From an uncultured Anaerolineales bacterium (lineage in GTDB: Bacteria > Chloroflexota > Anaerolineae > Epilineales > JAANWY01): DNA of 64,000 nt. Both the position numbers and the translations under genes were made by a program. The notes under the pieces are model-generated. The model saw only the letters and a program-made list of their open reading frames with translations. It searched no databases and was not told the DNA's origin. The stretch is from positions 12,132-76,131 of the forward strand of contig CAZHMV010000007.1 in NCBI GenBank assembly GCA_964532665.1, read 5' to 3'. Within the stretch, counting starts at the first letter, position 1. The number at the start of each line of letters is the position of its first letter. This document shows positions 37,301 through 46,186 of this stretch, one piece after another.

Positions 37301-38653
37301 CTACAGGTTGGGAATGATGAACCACATCAGGCTGATGAGATCCAGCGCAACCAGGCCAGCAATGAGCAGGCCCAGCGCCGCCGGCTGGAGGACCCGAGGC
37401 ACCAGATTTCGGAACCCCAGCGCGGCAAACAGCGCCATGGGTACCAACGCCGGGAACAGGTAGCGTCCCTGGTGCTGTACAAAGGTGAGATTGTACCACA
37501 CGTAGGTGCCGAATGTCAGGATGATGCTCAAGGCTAGCAACCCCAGTGATGCCCATTGCCGGCTGCTGAGGCGGTCTGGATGCCGGATTGCTCGGGCCAG
37601 AAATAGCACGAAGCCGGCCACGCTCAGGGCAGTCAGAATTAGCAGGCCCGTGTATATGCGTTGGTCCATGAACACGCCCATCCAGCCGAAGACGCCCCAG
37701 AAGCTCTTGAATGTGAAATTCCAGGCCCGGTTCCAGTAGGCTGCCCAGCCCAGGCTCGCGATCCAATCCGCGGTGCGGGGCTGTCCGACCACCACTATGT
37801 CGTGACGTTGCCGTCCGAAGATGTCCAGGCCGCCGTACACCACCGCGTTGCGGACAAACCACCACGCAGACAGGGCGAGGGAAATGGAAAAAAGGAAAAA
37901 CAGGGAAACGAGGCGGGGTTTCGATTGGTCACCCCCCTCCAGCCACCAGTGCCCGACTTCGGCTGCCAGCAGGATCGCAGCCGATGGATAGACGGTGCCT
38001 TTGGTGAGCAGTCCTAGGCCGTACAGGATGCCGCCGCTGATCACAAATCTTCGGCGTGGAATACGGCCCTGCAGCCGCAGCAGGCTCACCAGCAGAATGC
38101 CGGCGATGATCAGTTCGGCCAGCGTGTCGTTGTTGATGCCGGCGCTGATGGCGATGTGCATCGGGATGAAGGCCACCAGAGTTGTCGTCGCCAGGGCCAG
38201 CAGTTCGTCGTTGCCAAAGATCACCTTCACCAACTGGTATGTGGTGTACAGCAGCACGGCGCCAGCGGCGACAGAGATCAGGCGCAGCGCGATGACCTGG
38301 GTGGCCGTGGGCAGGCCGGCGGTTGCCAGGAAGAGCGGCGTGGCCAACAGGTAGTACAGGGGCGGCTGCCAGGCCTCGTAGGCGATGCTGTCGATGGACA
38401 TCGACGGCGGGAACCTCGCGTGCTTGATTTCCTCCAGGTACCCGGCGGGGTAGTCGCCGGGTTCCAGGACGGGTAGCCGGCCCGTGTGGGCCAGATCGGC
38501 GATGTAGTTGTAGTGGGCCGGCTCATCGGGCACCTGCCATGCCGGCGTGTCAACCGCGTACGCGATTCCCAGGGCGATGTAGATGGCGATGATGAGTGTC
38601 AGCAGCGGGTGAGCAGTGCGTCTCATAGGTGGGGTGTCCTCACAGCACCTCAA
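37301..38653 (-). CDS. Family-39 glycosyltransferase (PMT/ArnT-like, polyprenol-phosphate-sugar dependent GT-C)
   Basis: 450 aa, approx 12 TM; first periplasmic loop 'WQVPDEPAHYNY' (DE..H motif of PMT/ArnT family). Confidence 0.7.
   Translation of the reverse strand: MRCCEDTPPMRRTAHPLLTLIIAIYIALGIAYAVDTPAWQVPDEPAHYNYIADLAHTGRLPVLEPGDYPAGYLEEIKHARFPPSMSIDSIAYEAWQPPLYYLLATPLFLATAGLPTATQVIALRLISVAAGAVLLYTTYQLVKVIFGNDELLALATTTLVAFIPMHIAISAGINNDTLAELIIAGILLVSLLRLQGRIPRRRFVISGGILYGLGLLTKGTVYPSAAILLAAEVGHWWLEGGDQSKPRLVSLFFLFSISLALSAWWFVRNAVVYGGLDIFGRQRHDIVVVGQPRTADWIASLGWAAYWNRAWNFTFKSFWGVFGWMGVFMDQRIYTGLLILTALSVAGFVLFLARAIRHPDRLSSRQWASLGLLALSIILTFGTYVWYNLTFVQHQGRYLFPALVPMALFAALGFRNLVPRVLQPAALGLLIAGLVALDLISLMWFIIPNL
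37866..37908 (+). repeat. Purine-rich tract GAGGGAAATGGAAAAAAGGAAAAACAGGGAAACGAGGCGG inside the GT39 gene (encodes SLFFLFSISLA on minus strand)
   Basis: Shares the GGGAAA..AAAAAGG..GGGAAAnGAGGCGG skeleton with 14120-14157. Confidence 0.55.
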
Positions 38654-39962
38654 ACCGCTCGCGAATAATCTCTTCCAGCGTCGGCCGGCCTATCACCTGT
38701 AGCTCGTAGCGCACGCGATGTGCCGGCTTGTCGATCTGGATGAGCCGGCCCAGATCGATGGGGGTGGCGATGAGCACCTGGTCGGCCGGCGCGGCGTGGA
38801 TGGTCTCTTCCAACTCTCGGATCTGCTGGTCGCTGTATCCCATGGCCGGTAGCACCGGCCCCGTTTCGGGGTATGTCTCGAATGTCTCTGCAATCGAGCC
38901 GACAGCGTACGGCCGCGGATTGACGATTTCGGCGGCTCCGTATCGCCGGGCAGCCACCACGCCGGCACCGTACTTCATCCCGCCGTGGGTCAGTGTCGGA
39001 CCATCTTCGACCACCAGCACCCGGGCTCCCCGAATCGACGCCGGGTCGTCAACTGAGATGGGAGATACGGCTTCGACCACGATAGCGCCCGGATTCACCT
39101 CCTGAATGTTGTGGCGGACGGTGTTGATGCCCTCGGGGGGGGCGGTGTCCATCTTGTTGATTACCACCACGTCGGCCAGGCGCAGCGTGGTCTCGCCGGG
39201 GTAGTATTGCACCTCGTGGCCGGCCCGGTGCGGATCGACCAGGGTGATGAGCAGATCGGGCTGGAAGAAGGGGAAGTCGTTGTTCCCGCCGTCCCACAAG
39301 ATGATGTCGGCCTCATCTTCGGCCTGGCGCAAGATTTTTTCGTAGTCCACGCCGGCATAGACTACTGTGCCATGGGCCAGATGAGGTTCGTATTCCTCAC
39401 GTTCCTCGATGGTGATGTCGTAGCGTGCCAGGTCGTCGTAGGTCTCGAAGCGTTGCACGGCCATGGCCGAGAGGTCGCCGTACGGCATGGGGTGGCGCAC
39501 CACCACGACGCGGTGGCCGAGATCGCGCAGGACGCCGGCCACGTGCCGGCTGGTCTGGCTCTTGCCGGCGCCGGTGCGGACAGCACACACGGCCACCACA
39601 GGTCGGCGGCTCTGCAGCATGGTGTGGTGTGGGCCGAGCAGTCGAAAATCGGCGCCGGCGGCCAGGACCCGGCTGGCTTCATGCATCACGTACAGGTGCG
39701 AGACGTCGCTGTAGGAAAAGACGACCTGGTCGATGCGTTCCCGCTGAATCAGGTCGGTCAGCTCAGACTCCGGCAGGATGGGGATGCCGTCCGGGTAGAG
39801 GTCGCCGGCCAGATCGGGGGGGTACTGCCGGCCGGCGATGTTCGGTATCTGAGTCGCCGTGAATGCGACGACCTGGTAATCCGGGTTGTCGCGGAAGTAG
39901 ACATTGAAGTTGTGGAAATCGCGCCCCGCTGCGCCCATGATGACGACTTTGTCACGTGCCAT
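38640..39962 (-). CDS. P-loop protein resembling cyclic 2,3-diphosphoglycerate synthetase (cPGS-like)
   Basis: 440-aa; 'AVRTGAGKSQTS' P-loop, overall length/organisation similar to archaeal CpgS. Identity by recollection only. ATG 39962 preceded by AAGGAA; overlaps the GT39 start by 14 nt. Confidence 0.45.
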   Translation of the reverse strand: MARDKVVIMGAAGRDFHNFNVYFRDNPDYQVVAFTATQIPNIAGRQYPPDLAGDLYPDGIPILPESELTDLIQRERIDQVVFSYSDVSHLYVMHEASRVLAAGADFRLLGPHHTMLQSRRPVVAVCAVRTGAGKSQTSRHVAGVLRDLGHRVVVVRHPMPYGDLSAMAVQRFETYDDLARYDITIEEREEYEPHLAHGTVVYAGVDYEKILRQAEDEADIILWDGGNNDFPFFQPDLLITLVDPHRAGHEVQYYPGETTLRLADVVVINKMDTAPPEGINTVRHNIQEVNPGAIVVEAVSPISVDDPASIRGARVLVVEDGPTLTHGGMKYGAGVVAARRYGAAEIVNPRPYAVGSIAETFETYPETGPVLPAMGYSDQQIRELEETIHAAPADQVLIATPIDLGRLIQIDKPAHRVRYELQVIGRPTLEEIIRERFEVL

Positions 39963-40012
39963 GAGTTCCTTGAACCCCTTTCGTCTCAACTAGCTCGTTC
40001 TTGACATCAGAC

Positions 40013-40076
40013 CGCGTAAAATGTGAAACGTGAAACGTGAGGATTCGACATCAAGTACAGTCATCACGTTTCACGC
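40013..40076. repeat. Family A heptamer palindrome (AATGTGA AACGTGA AACGTGA - spacer - TCACGTT TCACGCT)
   Basis: Read directly; lies next to a Family B element in the same 290-nt gap. Confidence 0.8.
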
Positions 40077-40119
40077 TCTGGCTGCTCCACTGAGTGGATT
40101 CAGCCAAGTGCCGTCGCTG

Positions 40120-40232
40120 CTACTCACCCTCCCGCAGGTTTGGAGCCTTTCTGGCTGAGGATCATTGCTTCAAGACCGTTTTTCGGATGCAAAGCCATTG
40201 TGCATGGTAACCTGCGGGAGGGTGCCTGAGTA
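40120..40232. repeat. Family B element with extended 22-25-nt TIRs (CTACTCACCCTCCCGCAGGTT ... AACCTGCGGGAGGGTGCCTGAGTAG) and 68-nt unique core
   Basis: Read directly. Confidence 0.8.
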
Positions 40233-40275
40233 GTAACGTACCATCTTCAGCTCTTGAGGGCTGTCTCTTGCAGTG

Positions 40276-41238
40276 CTAGGCGAATCGTGCCAGCAGGATG
40301 CCGAACTCGTATAGCAGAATCATAGGTCCCATGACCAGCAGCATGGTGAAAGGATCGGTGGTCGGTGTGAGGACGGCGGCCACGGCAGCGGCTACGACAA
40401 CGGCGTAGCGCCGGCTGCGGGCCAGGCGCTGAGGGCTGACGACACCCACCTTGGACAGGAAGAAGATGACCAGTGGCGTCTCGAAAATCAGGCCGGTGAT
40501 GATGAGAAAGCGGACCACAAAGGATACGTAGTAGTCGAGGCGCCACTGCTGGACGACAAGGTCCGACAGGAACCCCTGGAGGATTGGCAGGCCGAAGGGC
40601 AGGATCACGAAGTAGGCAAAGAGCAGGCCCAGTACGAACAGCACGCCCGCCAGCGGAGCCACGAAGTACAGCCAGCGCCGCTCCTTGCGTGTCAGGCCTG
40701 GTGTTACAAAAGCGACGAACTGATACACGATGATCGGCATGGCGAAGGCCAGGCCGCACATCAGAGCTACCTTGAAGTAGACGATGTACGTCTCGGTGGG
40801 GGTGAATGCCTGGAGTGGCGCGTCGCCTGGCAGCAGGGATCTGAATGCTTCGAGGACCTGCTTGGCGAAGACCAGGCTGAAGGCAGTGGTGACGGTCAGC
40901 GCAATGACGGATTTGATCAGGCGCTGGCGAAGTTCCTCCAGATGCTCGATGAGCGTCATCCGGACTTCGTCGTCCGGCTGCGGCTCGGGCTCCGGTTCGT
41001 GAGTCGGCGGCGGGGGAGGCGATGCTGGCGGTGCCGGGGGCTCCACGGCAGTGACAGATGTCACCAGGCCAGCATCGTCTATGATCGCCTGGACTTGCCG
41101 GCCCACGTCGATGTTGGGCTCCACGTTGGCCGCCGAAGCGAGGCGGTATGTGTCACCGTCGATGGTGACTGACTCACCCGGGGTGAGGTCTTCGACGGTG
41201 CCTGTCAGGATGGTACTGTCTGCGACTGAATCATGCAC
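40276..41238 (-). CDS. tatC: Sec-independent protein translocase TatC with approx 95-aa N-terminal extension (Pro-rich linker)
   Basis: Core 'MTLIEHLEELRQRLIKSVIALTV...' and 6 TM helices typical of TatC. GTG 41238 (GAGGAGAAG upstream) overlaps the tatA stop by 8 nt; alternative ATG 40959 lacks an SD. Confidence 0.8.
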   Translation of the reverse strand: MHDSVADSTILTGTVEDLTPGESVTIDGDTYRLASAANVEPNIDVGRQVQAIIDDAGLVTSVTAVEPPAPPASPPPPPTHEPEPEPQPDDEVRMTLIEHLEELRQRLIKSVIALTVTTAFSLVFAKQVLEAFRSLLPGDAPLQAFTPTETYIVYFKVALMCGLAFAMPIIVYQFVAFVTPGLTRKERRWLYFVAPLAGVLFVLGLLFAYFVILPFGLPILQGFLSDLVVQQWRLDYYVSFVVRFLIITGLIFETPLVIFFLSKVGVVSPQRLARSRRYAVVVAAAVAAVLTPTTDPFTMLLVMGPMILLYEFGILLARFA

Positions 41239-41467
41239 CGTCGTCAGCCGGCTTCTCCTCCTTTGCGGGTTGTGTCTCGCCGCGAGCGGCGCGTTCCGTT
41301 GCTTCTATCTCGCGCGAAAGCTCTTGCGTGATCTCGCTTGAGGCATCGCGGAACTCACGAATTGATTTGCCCAATGCCTGCCCGATCTCGGGCAGGCGGC
41401 CTGGCCCAAACACAATCAGAGCGATGATGAGGACCAGGATAACCTCCGCAGGACCCAGACCAAACAT
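41231..41467 (-). CDS. tatA: Twin-arginine translocase subunit TatA/E
   Basis: 78 aa; 'MFGLGPAEVILVLIIALIVFGPGRLPEIGQALGKSIREFR'. Confidence 0.9.
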   Translation of the reverse strand: MFGLGPAEVILVLIIALIVFGPGRLPEIGQALGKSIREFRDASSEITQELSREIEATERAARGETQPAKEEKPADDGA

Positions 41468-41489
41468 CCCCTACCCCTTTCCTTTTCGT

Positions 41490-41900
41490 CTACAACTCAT
41501 TGTGCCGGGATACGTAAGCTCCCAAGGCGCCGTTGACGAACCGGCGTGAACTATCACTTCCGAACGTCTTGGCCAGTTCAACGGCCTCGTTAATCACAAC
41601 CTTGATCGGAGCATCGCCTTCCCGCAACTCGAACAACGCCATTCTCAAAATGTTGCGGTCGATGGCCGCCATCTGTTCGACCGGCCATTCCGTAGCAATC
41701 TTCTCTATAATCTTGTCCAGCTCTGACTGAGTCTCGAGGGCACCTCGCACAATCCCGTGAGCGAAGGTGATACCATCTTCAGGTAACGCTGAGTAGTCTG
41801 CGAGTCGTTGCTCGAAGACGTTGGCCGGATTATGTTTTGCAACATCGACTTCGTACAGCACCTGGAGAGCCAGTTGCCGTGCAAGCCGTCGAACCTTCAT
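41490..41900 (-). CDS. nusB: Transcription antitermination factor NusB
   Basis: 136 aa; 'ARQLALQVLYEVD', 'DRNILRMALFEL', 'VVINEAVELAKTFG.......FVNGALG'. Confidence 0.9.
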   Translation of the reverse strand: MKVRRLARQLALQVLYEVDVAKHNPANVFEQRLADYSALPEDGITFAHGIVRGALETQSELDKIIEKIATEWPVEQMAAIDRNILRMALFELREGDAPIKVVINEAVELAKTFGSDSSRRFVNGALGAYVSRHNEL

Positions 41901-42256
41901 TCCGTTACCTCTCTGTCACCCGGTAGCATTACATCCTGGATGTAGACGTTGACCTCAGTGACAGACATCCCTACCATTTCGCTGATGGCCCGGCTGATTG
42001 CCGTCTGGACTTGCTGGCCAAGGGCGAGCATATTGGCATCGTGTTCGGCAATCACGTGCAACTCGACAGACACGGAATCGCCGTTGACCTCAATCTTCAC
42101 GCCTCCGTTGGTCGCACCTCTCTTGAACACGCGGTTGACACCGTCCATGATATGCGTGTCCAGGCGACCAACCCCCGGTGTCTTCAGTGCCGTGAGGCGG
42201 GCGATAGTGACCAATACCTCGGGTGCGATTGTTACCTTGCCCAACTGCTTGTCCAT
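41897..42256 (-). CDS. Asp23/Gls24 family envelope stress protein
   Basis: 119 aa; 'GKVTIAPEVLVTIARLTALKTPGV...VGMSVTEVNVYIQDV'. Confidence 0.8.
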   Translation of the reverse strand: MDKQLGKVTIAPEVLVTIARLTALKTPGVGRLDTHIMDGVNRVFKRGATNGGVKIEVNGDSVSVELHVIAEHDANMLALGQQVQTAISRAISEMVGMSVTEVNVYIQDVMLPGDREVTE

Positions 42257-42273
42257 GGGTCCCTCTCGATGTC

Positions 42274-43023
42274 TCAGATGACCATACCGCCGTCCACGCG
42301 TAGAACCTGGCCCGTGATAAAGCCTGCCTCATCGGAAGCCAGGAATGCCACAGCGTTGGCCACATCTTCAACGGTGCCCAGCCGGCCCAATGGCGTGAGT
42401 TGCACGGCCTGTTGAATCAGGTCCTCTGGCAGGTCAGCCGTCAGGTCGGTCGGGACGTAACCCGGCGCGATGGCGTTGGCGGTGATGTTCCGAGCACCCA
42501 TCTCCTTGGCCACACTCTTGGTAAAGCCGATGAGACCGGCCTTGGCAGCCGAGTAGTTGGCCTGCCCCGGGTTCCCGGCAACGCCGGCCACCGATGTGAT
42601 GTTGATAATCCGGCCGCTACGTTGTTTCATCATCGGGCGAATGGCCGCCTTGGTAACATTATATGCGCCTTTGAGGTTTGTGTCCAGTACCAGGTCCCAG
42701 TCGGCCTCTTTCATCAGGGCCAGCAAATTGTCCCGGGTTGTGCCCGCGTTGTTGACCAGGATGTCCAGTCGGCCAAACTCGTTCAGGGTGGCCTTGACCA
42801 GGCGTTTGGCATCGCCCGCGTCCCGCACGTCGCCCTGCATAGCGATGGCTTGCCCGCCGTTCGCTTTGATCCCTTCGACGACTTCATCAGCCGCTTCTCT
42901 GTTGGTGTTGTAGTTCACAACGACGCTGGCACCCTGGCCGGCCAGTTTCTCGGCAATGGCCCGCCCGATGCCGCGCGATGCACCTGTCACCAACGCTACT
43001 TTGCCCGTGAGGTCAATCATCAT
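42274..43023 (-). CDS. fabG: 3-oxoacyl-[acyl-carrier-protein] reductase
   Basis: 'GKVALVTGASRGIGRAIA', 'NNAG', 'S...Y...K' SDR triad, C-terminal 'GQVLRVDGGMVI'. Confidence 0.9.
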   Translation of the reverse strand: MMIDLTGKVALVTGASRGIGRAIAEKLAGQGASVVVNYNTNREAADEVVEGIKANGGQAIAMQGDVRDAGDAKRLVKATLNEFGRLDILVNNAGTTRDNLLALMKEADWDLVLDTNLKGAYNVTKAAIRPMMKQRSGRIINITSVAGVAGNPGQANYSAAKAGLIGFTKSVAKEMGARNITANAIAPGYVPTDLTADLPEDLIQQAVQLTPLGRLGTVEDVANAVAFLASDEAGFITGQVLRVDGGMVI

Positions 43024-43958
43024 CGTTCTCCTGCGAGTGACTTAAAATCGGCAACGCCGCTCGGATCGCTTACGTTGAGCCGCTTGACGCTTCGATCGAC
43101 GCGGCGGATGAGGCCGGCCAGCACATTACCCGAACCAATCTCCACAAAAGTGTCCGCGCCCTGTTCTATCATGTAACGCACTGAGTCAACCCAGCGCACC
43201 GGCCGCGTGAGTTGCTGGACCAGTTCTTCCTGGATGGCCGGCACGTCGTCGAGCGGTCGGGCACTGATATTGCTGACTACCGGGATTTTCGGTGTCTGGA
43301 TGGTCGTTGCTTTTACCGCCTCTGCGAACTCATTGACGATGGAAGTCATCAGCACGGAGTGCGCGGCGATGGAGACGGCCAGACGGATCACCCGTTTGGC
43401 GCCGGCCTTGCGGGCCAGGTCCATGGCCCGGTCAATGCCATCGAACGTCCCGGAGATCACAATCTGGCCGGGCGCGTTGTCGTTGGCTACCTGGACATCG
43501 CCGGCCTGCTGACAAATATCGGCGACCGTGTGTTCGTCGAGGCCCAGGATCGCTGCCATGCCGCCTGGACTGCGCTGGCCGGCCAGCTTCATGAGCCGCC
43601 CACGTTCCCGAACCAGCCGCAGGCCCTCGGCAAAGCGGAGAGCGCCGGCGGCAACCAGAGCGCTGTACTCGCCCATGCTGTGCCCGGCGACAAAGGCCGG
43701 CGTGGGCAGTTCCGTATGATGTTGCAGAGTGCGCAGCGCGGCGATGCTGGTGGTCAACAGGGCCGGCTGGGCATTCACGGTATCGTCCAGCGTTTCCTTT
43801 GGCCCGCGAAAACACAGGCGGGCAAGATCAATGCCGAGAATATCGTTCGCTTCCTGGAAGACGCTCCGGGCTTCAGGAAAGGCATCATACAGGTCTTGTC
43901 CCATGCCGACCTGCTGCGATCCCTGTCCTGGAAAGACAAACGCAAGTCTTGTGGTCAT
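43020..43958 (-). CDS. fabD: Malonyl CoA-acyl carrier protein transacylase
   Basis: 'FVFPGQGSQQVGMG', 'GHSMGEYSALVAAG'; start taken at MTTRLAFVFPGQ (track ORF extends to 44024 through the upstream repeat). Confidence 0.9.
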   Translation of the reverse strand: MTTRLAFVFPGQGSQQVGMGQDLYDAFPEARSVFQEANDILGIDLARLCFRGPKETLDDTVNAQPALLTTSIAALRTLQHHTELPTPAFVAGHSMGEYSALVAAGALRFAEGLRLVRERGRLMKLAGQRSPGGMAAILGLDEHTVADICQQAGDVQVANDNAPGQIVISGTFDGIDRAMDLARKAGAKRVIRLAVSIAAHSVLMTSIVNEFAEAVKATTIQTPKIPVVSNISARPLDDVPAIQEELVQQLTRPVRWVDSVRYMIEQGADTFVEIGSGNVLAGLIRRVDRSVKRLNVSDPSGVADFKSLAGER

Positions 43959-44029
43959 GGTGTGTTTGTCGGGCATCAAATGAAGAGTGGCCGCGTGACA
44001 GCCGCGGGCACGGAAACAGCGCAACTCTC

Positions 44030-44120
44030 ACGACGTACGACGTGAAACGTGAAACGTGAAACGTGGATACGACTCCAGGTGTTCATAGGCTATCACGTTT
44101 CACGCTTCACGTTTTACGCC
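44030..44120. repeat. Family A heptamer palindrome (ACGTGAA x3-4 - 30-nt spacer - TCACGTT x3-4)
   Basis: cgacgtgaaacgtgaaacgtgaaacgtgg ... tatcacgtttcacgcttcacgttttacgcc read directly between rpmF and fabD. Confidence 0.85.
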
Positions 44121-44191
44121 CTGGCTCGCGCTCAGGGGAAATGCCGGAATGATAGCGGCGGTGCTGTTGCGTCTGGGGATGGGTAGGCCGC

Positions 44192-44389
44192 CTACTCGCT
44201 TCCAGATTCCTCCTCAACTGCGACGACCTCAACGCCACGGTAGAAGCCACAATGCGGACAGACGTGATGTGGCAGCCGTGAGTTATGGCATTGTGGACAC
44301 TCTACGAGGTGAAGCCTCGAAAGTCTGTCATGTGTGCGGCGCTTGTTCCGCCTCGTACGGGACACACGCCGCTTGGGTAGGGGTGCCAT
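44192..44389 (-). CDS. rpmF: 50S ribosomal protein L32 (Zn-ribbon type with acidic C-terminal tail)
   Basis: 'MAPLPKRRVSRTRRNKRRTH...CPQCHNSRLPHHVCPHCGFY'. Confidence 0.85.
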   Translation of the reverse strand: MAPLPKRRVSRTRRNKRRTHDRLSRLHLVECPQCHNSRLPHHVCPHCGFYRGVEVVAVEEESGSE

Positions 44390-44434
44390 TTATTGGTTCG
44401 CCTCCTGATTTGATGTTCTTCGCTGGCAACTCGC

Positions 44435-44977
44435 TCATGTTTCAGTTAGCAGCAACTGCAATTTTGACCAGCGTGGGTCTATGGTATCGATCTCGCAGTC
44501 GCATTGGCCTTCGTTCAGGTTCTGGCCACACTGCGGGCACAGGCCGGCGCAGTCTGGCCGGCAAATGGGATGCATGGGTACGCCCAGCAGGGTGTCTTGC
44601 CGAATGACCTCGGAAAGATCCAGGATGTGCTGCCCGTTGATGAGGGTTGCAAGCTCCTCCCCGGCAATCCGAGGTAGTGCCGCCCCCGACTTAATGTCGA
44701 TACTGGGGCGGAAGTTTTCCTCCAACTCGATCTTCACGGGTGCTTCAAAAGCTTCAAGACAACGGTCACAAACGAGCTCCAGGGTGGTCTCCAGCGTGCC
44801 GGTCACCAGGATGCTGTCGGTGGTATGCATCAGGGTCACGGTGCCGTGGAGCGGGCTTCGTACCTTGACCTCATCACCATCCAGCAGGGTCTGTAGTTCA
44901 CTGGCCGGCTCATCGATATCGTAGCGTCTTGAACTACCCGTTGGTGCCCGAAGTAGTTGCGCGACGTTGAATTGCAT
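44435..44977 (-). CDS. yceD: YceD/DUF177 family protein (large-subunit rRNA accumulation)
   Basis: 180 aa; twin Cys pairs 'CDRCLE' ... 'CPQCGQNLNEGQCDC', conserved synteny with rpmF. Confidence 0.8.
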   Translation of the reverse strand: MQFNVAQLLRAPTGSSRRYDIDEPASELQTLLDGDEVKVRSPLHGTVTLMHTTDSILVTGTLETTLELVCDRCLEAFEAPVKIELEENFRPSIDIKSGAALPRIAGEELATLINGQHILDLSEVIRQDTLLGVPMHPICRPDCAGLCPQCGQNLNEGQCDCEIDTIDPRWSKLQLLLTET

Positions 44978-45103
44978 CGGTTGTTAAGCCTCTTTCGGAG
45001 CTGAGAGTCTCATCGAACTGTACCTCTCGACGGTGGGGTTATTGAGCCTCTGCTCCAGGAGGCCCAACCCGGCACATGATTATAGGCGAGATGGGTTGGG
45101 CTG

Positions 45104-45631
45104 TCAAGAAACCGATGTCTCGGCCGGGACCTCTGGCGTGTCTTCCCCCCCCTCGTCATCAGCGGACGCACTGTCCACCTGGCGTTGCTGCAGGAGTTCG
45201 ATGCCGTTGCGGACCGTCCCCTGAAAGCTTGTCAGTTGCTCTTCCAGTTCCTCCAGGACACGGAGTGCATAGGCGTCGGCTTCAGCGCGAATGCCGTCTG
45301 CCTCCTGGAAGGCATGTGCCAGGAGAGCCTGTTCGCGTTCTTCGGCCCGCTGCGCGATGCGATGCTCTGCCAGCAATTCCTCTGCCTGCTGCTCGGCCAG
45401 GGCTACGATGTTCTGTGCCCGTTCCTGAGCCTGGGCGATGACCCGGTCCCTGTCCTGTCGGATTTGCCTGGCCTCCTGAACCTCTTGCGGAACGGAGATA
45501 CGCAACTGGTTAATGAGTCGCAGAAACTGTTCCTCATCAACCAGCACCATCTTTGTGAAGGGGACCTGGATTCCGCGGTCGCGTAGGGATTCCAATTGGT
45601 CAATCAGGTAGTCGATGTCCATGATAATCAC
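45104..45631 (-). CDS. Coiled-coil protein (ATP-synthase-b-like / DivIVA-like heptads), function unknown
   Basis: 175 aa, long Ala/Glu/Gln/Arg-rich helix, acidic C-terminus. Confidence 0.45.
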   Translation of the reverse strand: MIIMDIDYLIDQLESLRDRGIQVPFTKMVLVDEEQFLRLINQLRISVPQEVQEARQIRQDRDRVIAQAQERAQNIVALAEQQAEELLAEHRIAQRAEEREQALLAHAFQEADGIRAEADAYALRVLEELEEQLTSFQGTVRNGIELLQQRQVDSASADDEGGEDTPEVPAETSVS

Positions 45632-45649
45632 CCCTTTCGGATCGCCGAT

Positions 45650-46171
45650 CTAGCCTTGAACTCGGGCGGTCTCTGCTGCCAGCGCTTGCGCTTTTGCCTG
45701 CAGGGCGATGGCAACGGCCGGCGGTACCAGTGGCGAGACGTCCCCGCCGAGTAGAGCGACCTCTTTCACAAGGCTTGAGCTAAGGAATGCGTGCTCCGGG
45801 CTTGCCATCAGGCAGACAGTTTCAATGTCAGGCGTCAATTGTCGATTCATGTGGGCCATCTTGAACTCGTTCTCGAAATCTGATACGACGCGTAGCCCAC
45901 GGATGAGAACTCTTGCGCCTTGCAAACGTGCGTATGTGACCGTCAAACCACTATATGCATCTACGCGCACGTTGTTGAGATGTGAGACGGCGGCCGCTAC
46001 CATGTTCATGCGTTCTGCGGTTGAAAATAGTGGATTCTTGATGGGATGATCATGATCAAAAACGGCCATGATGACTTCGTCGAAAAGAGCGGCGGCCCGT
46101 TCGGCAATGTCTATGTGGCCGTTGGTGATCGGGTCGAAGGTTGCCGGAAAGACTGCGGTTATCATCTTCAT
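45650..46171 (-). CDS. coaD: Phosphopantetheine adenylyltransferase
   Basis: 'AVFPATFDPITNGHIDIAERAA', 'GLRVVSDFENEFKMAHMN' (PPAT motifs). Confidence 0.9.
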   Translation of the reverse strand: MKMITAVFPATFDPITNGHIDIAERAAALFDEVIMAVFDHDHPIKNPLFSTAERMNMVAAAVSHLNNVRVDAYSGLTVTYARLQGARVLIRGLRVVSDFENEFKMAHMNRQLTPDIETVCLMASPEHAFLSSSLVKEVALLGGDVSPLVPPAVAIALQAKAQALAAETARVQG

Positions 46172-46186
46172 TCGCTTGTTTCAGTT

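Noticed and set aside
44192-44389. Unusual C-terminal acidic tail (VEVVAVEEESGSE) on ribosomal protein L32
   Set aside because: Lineage-specific tails on small ribosomal proteins are common. No evidence of fusion or frameshift.
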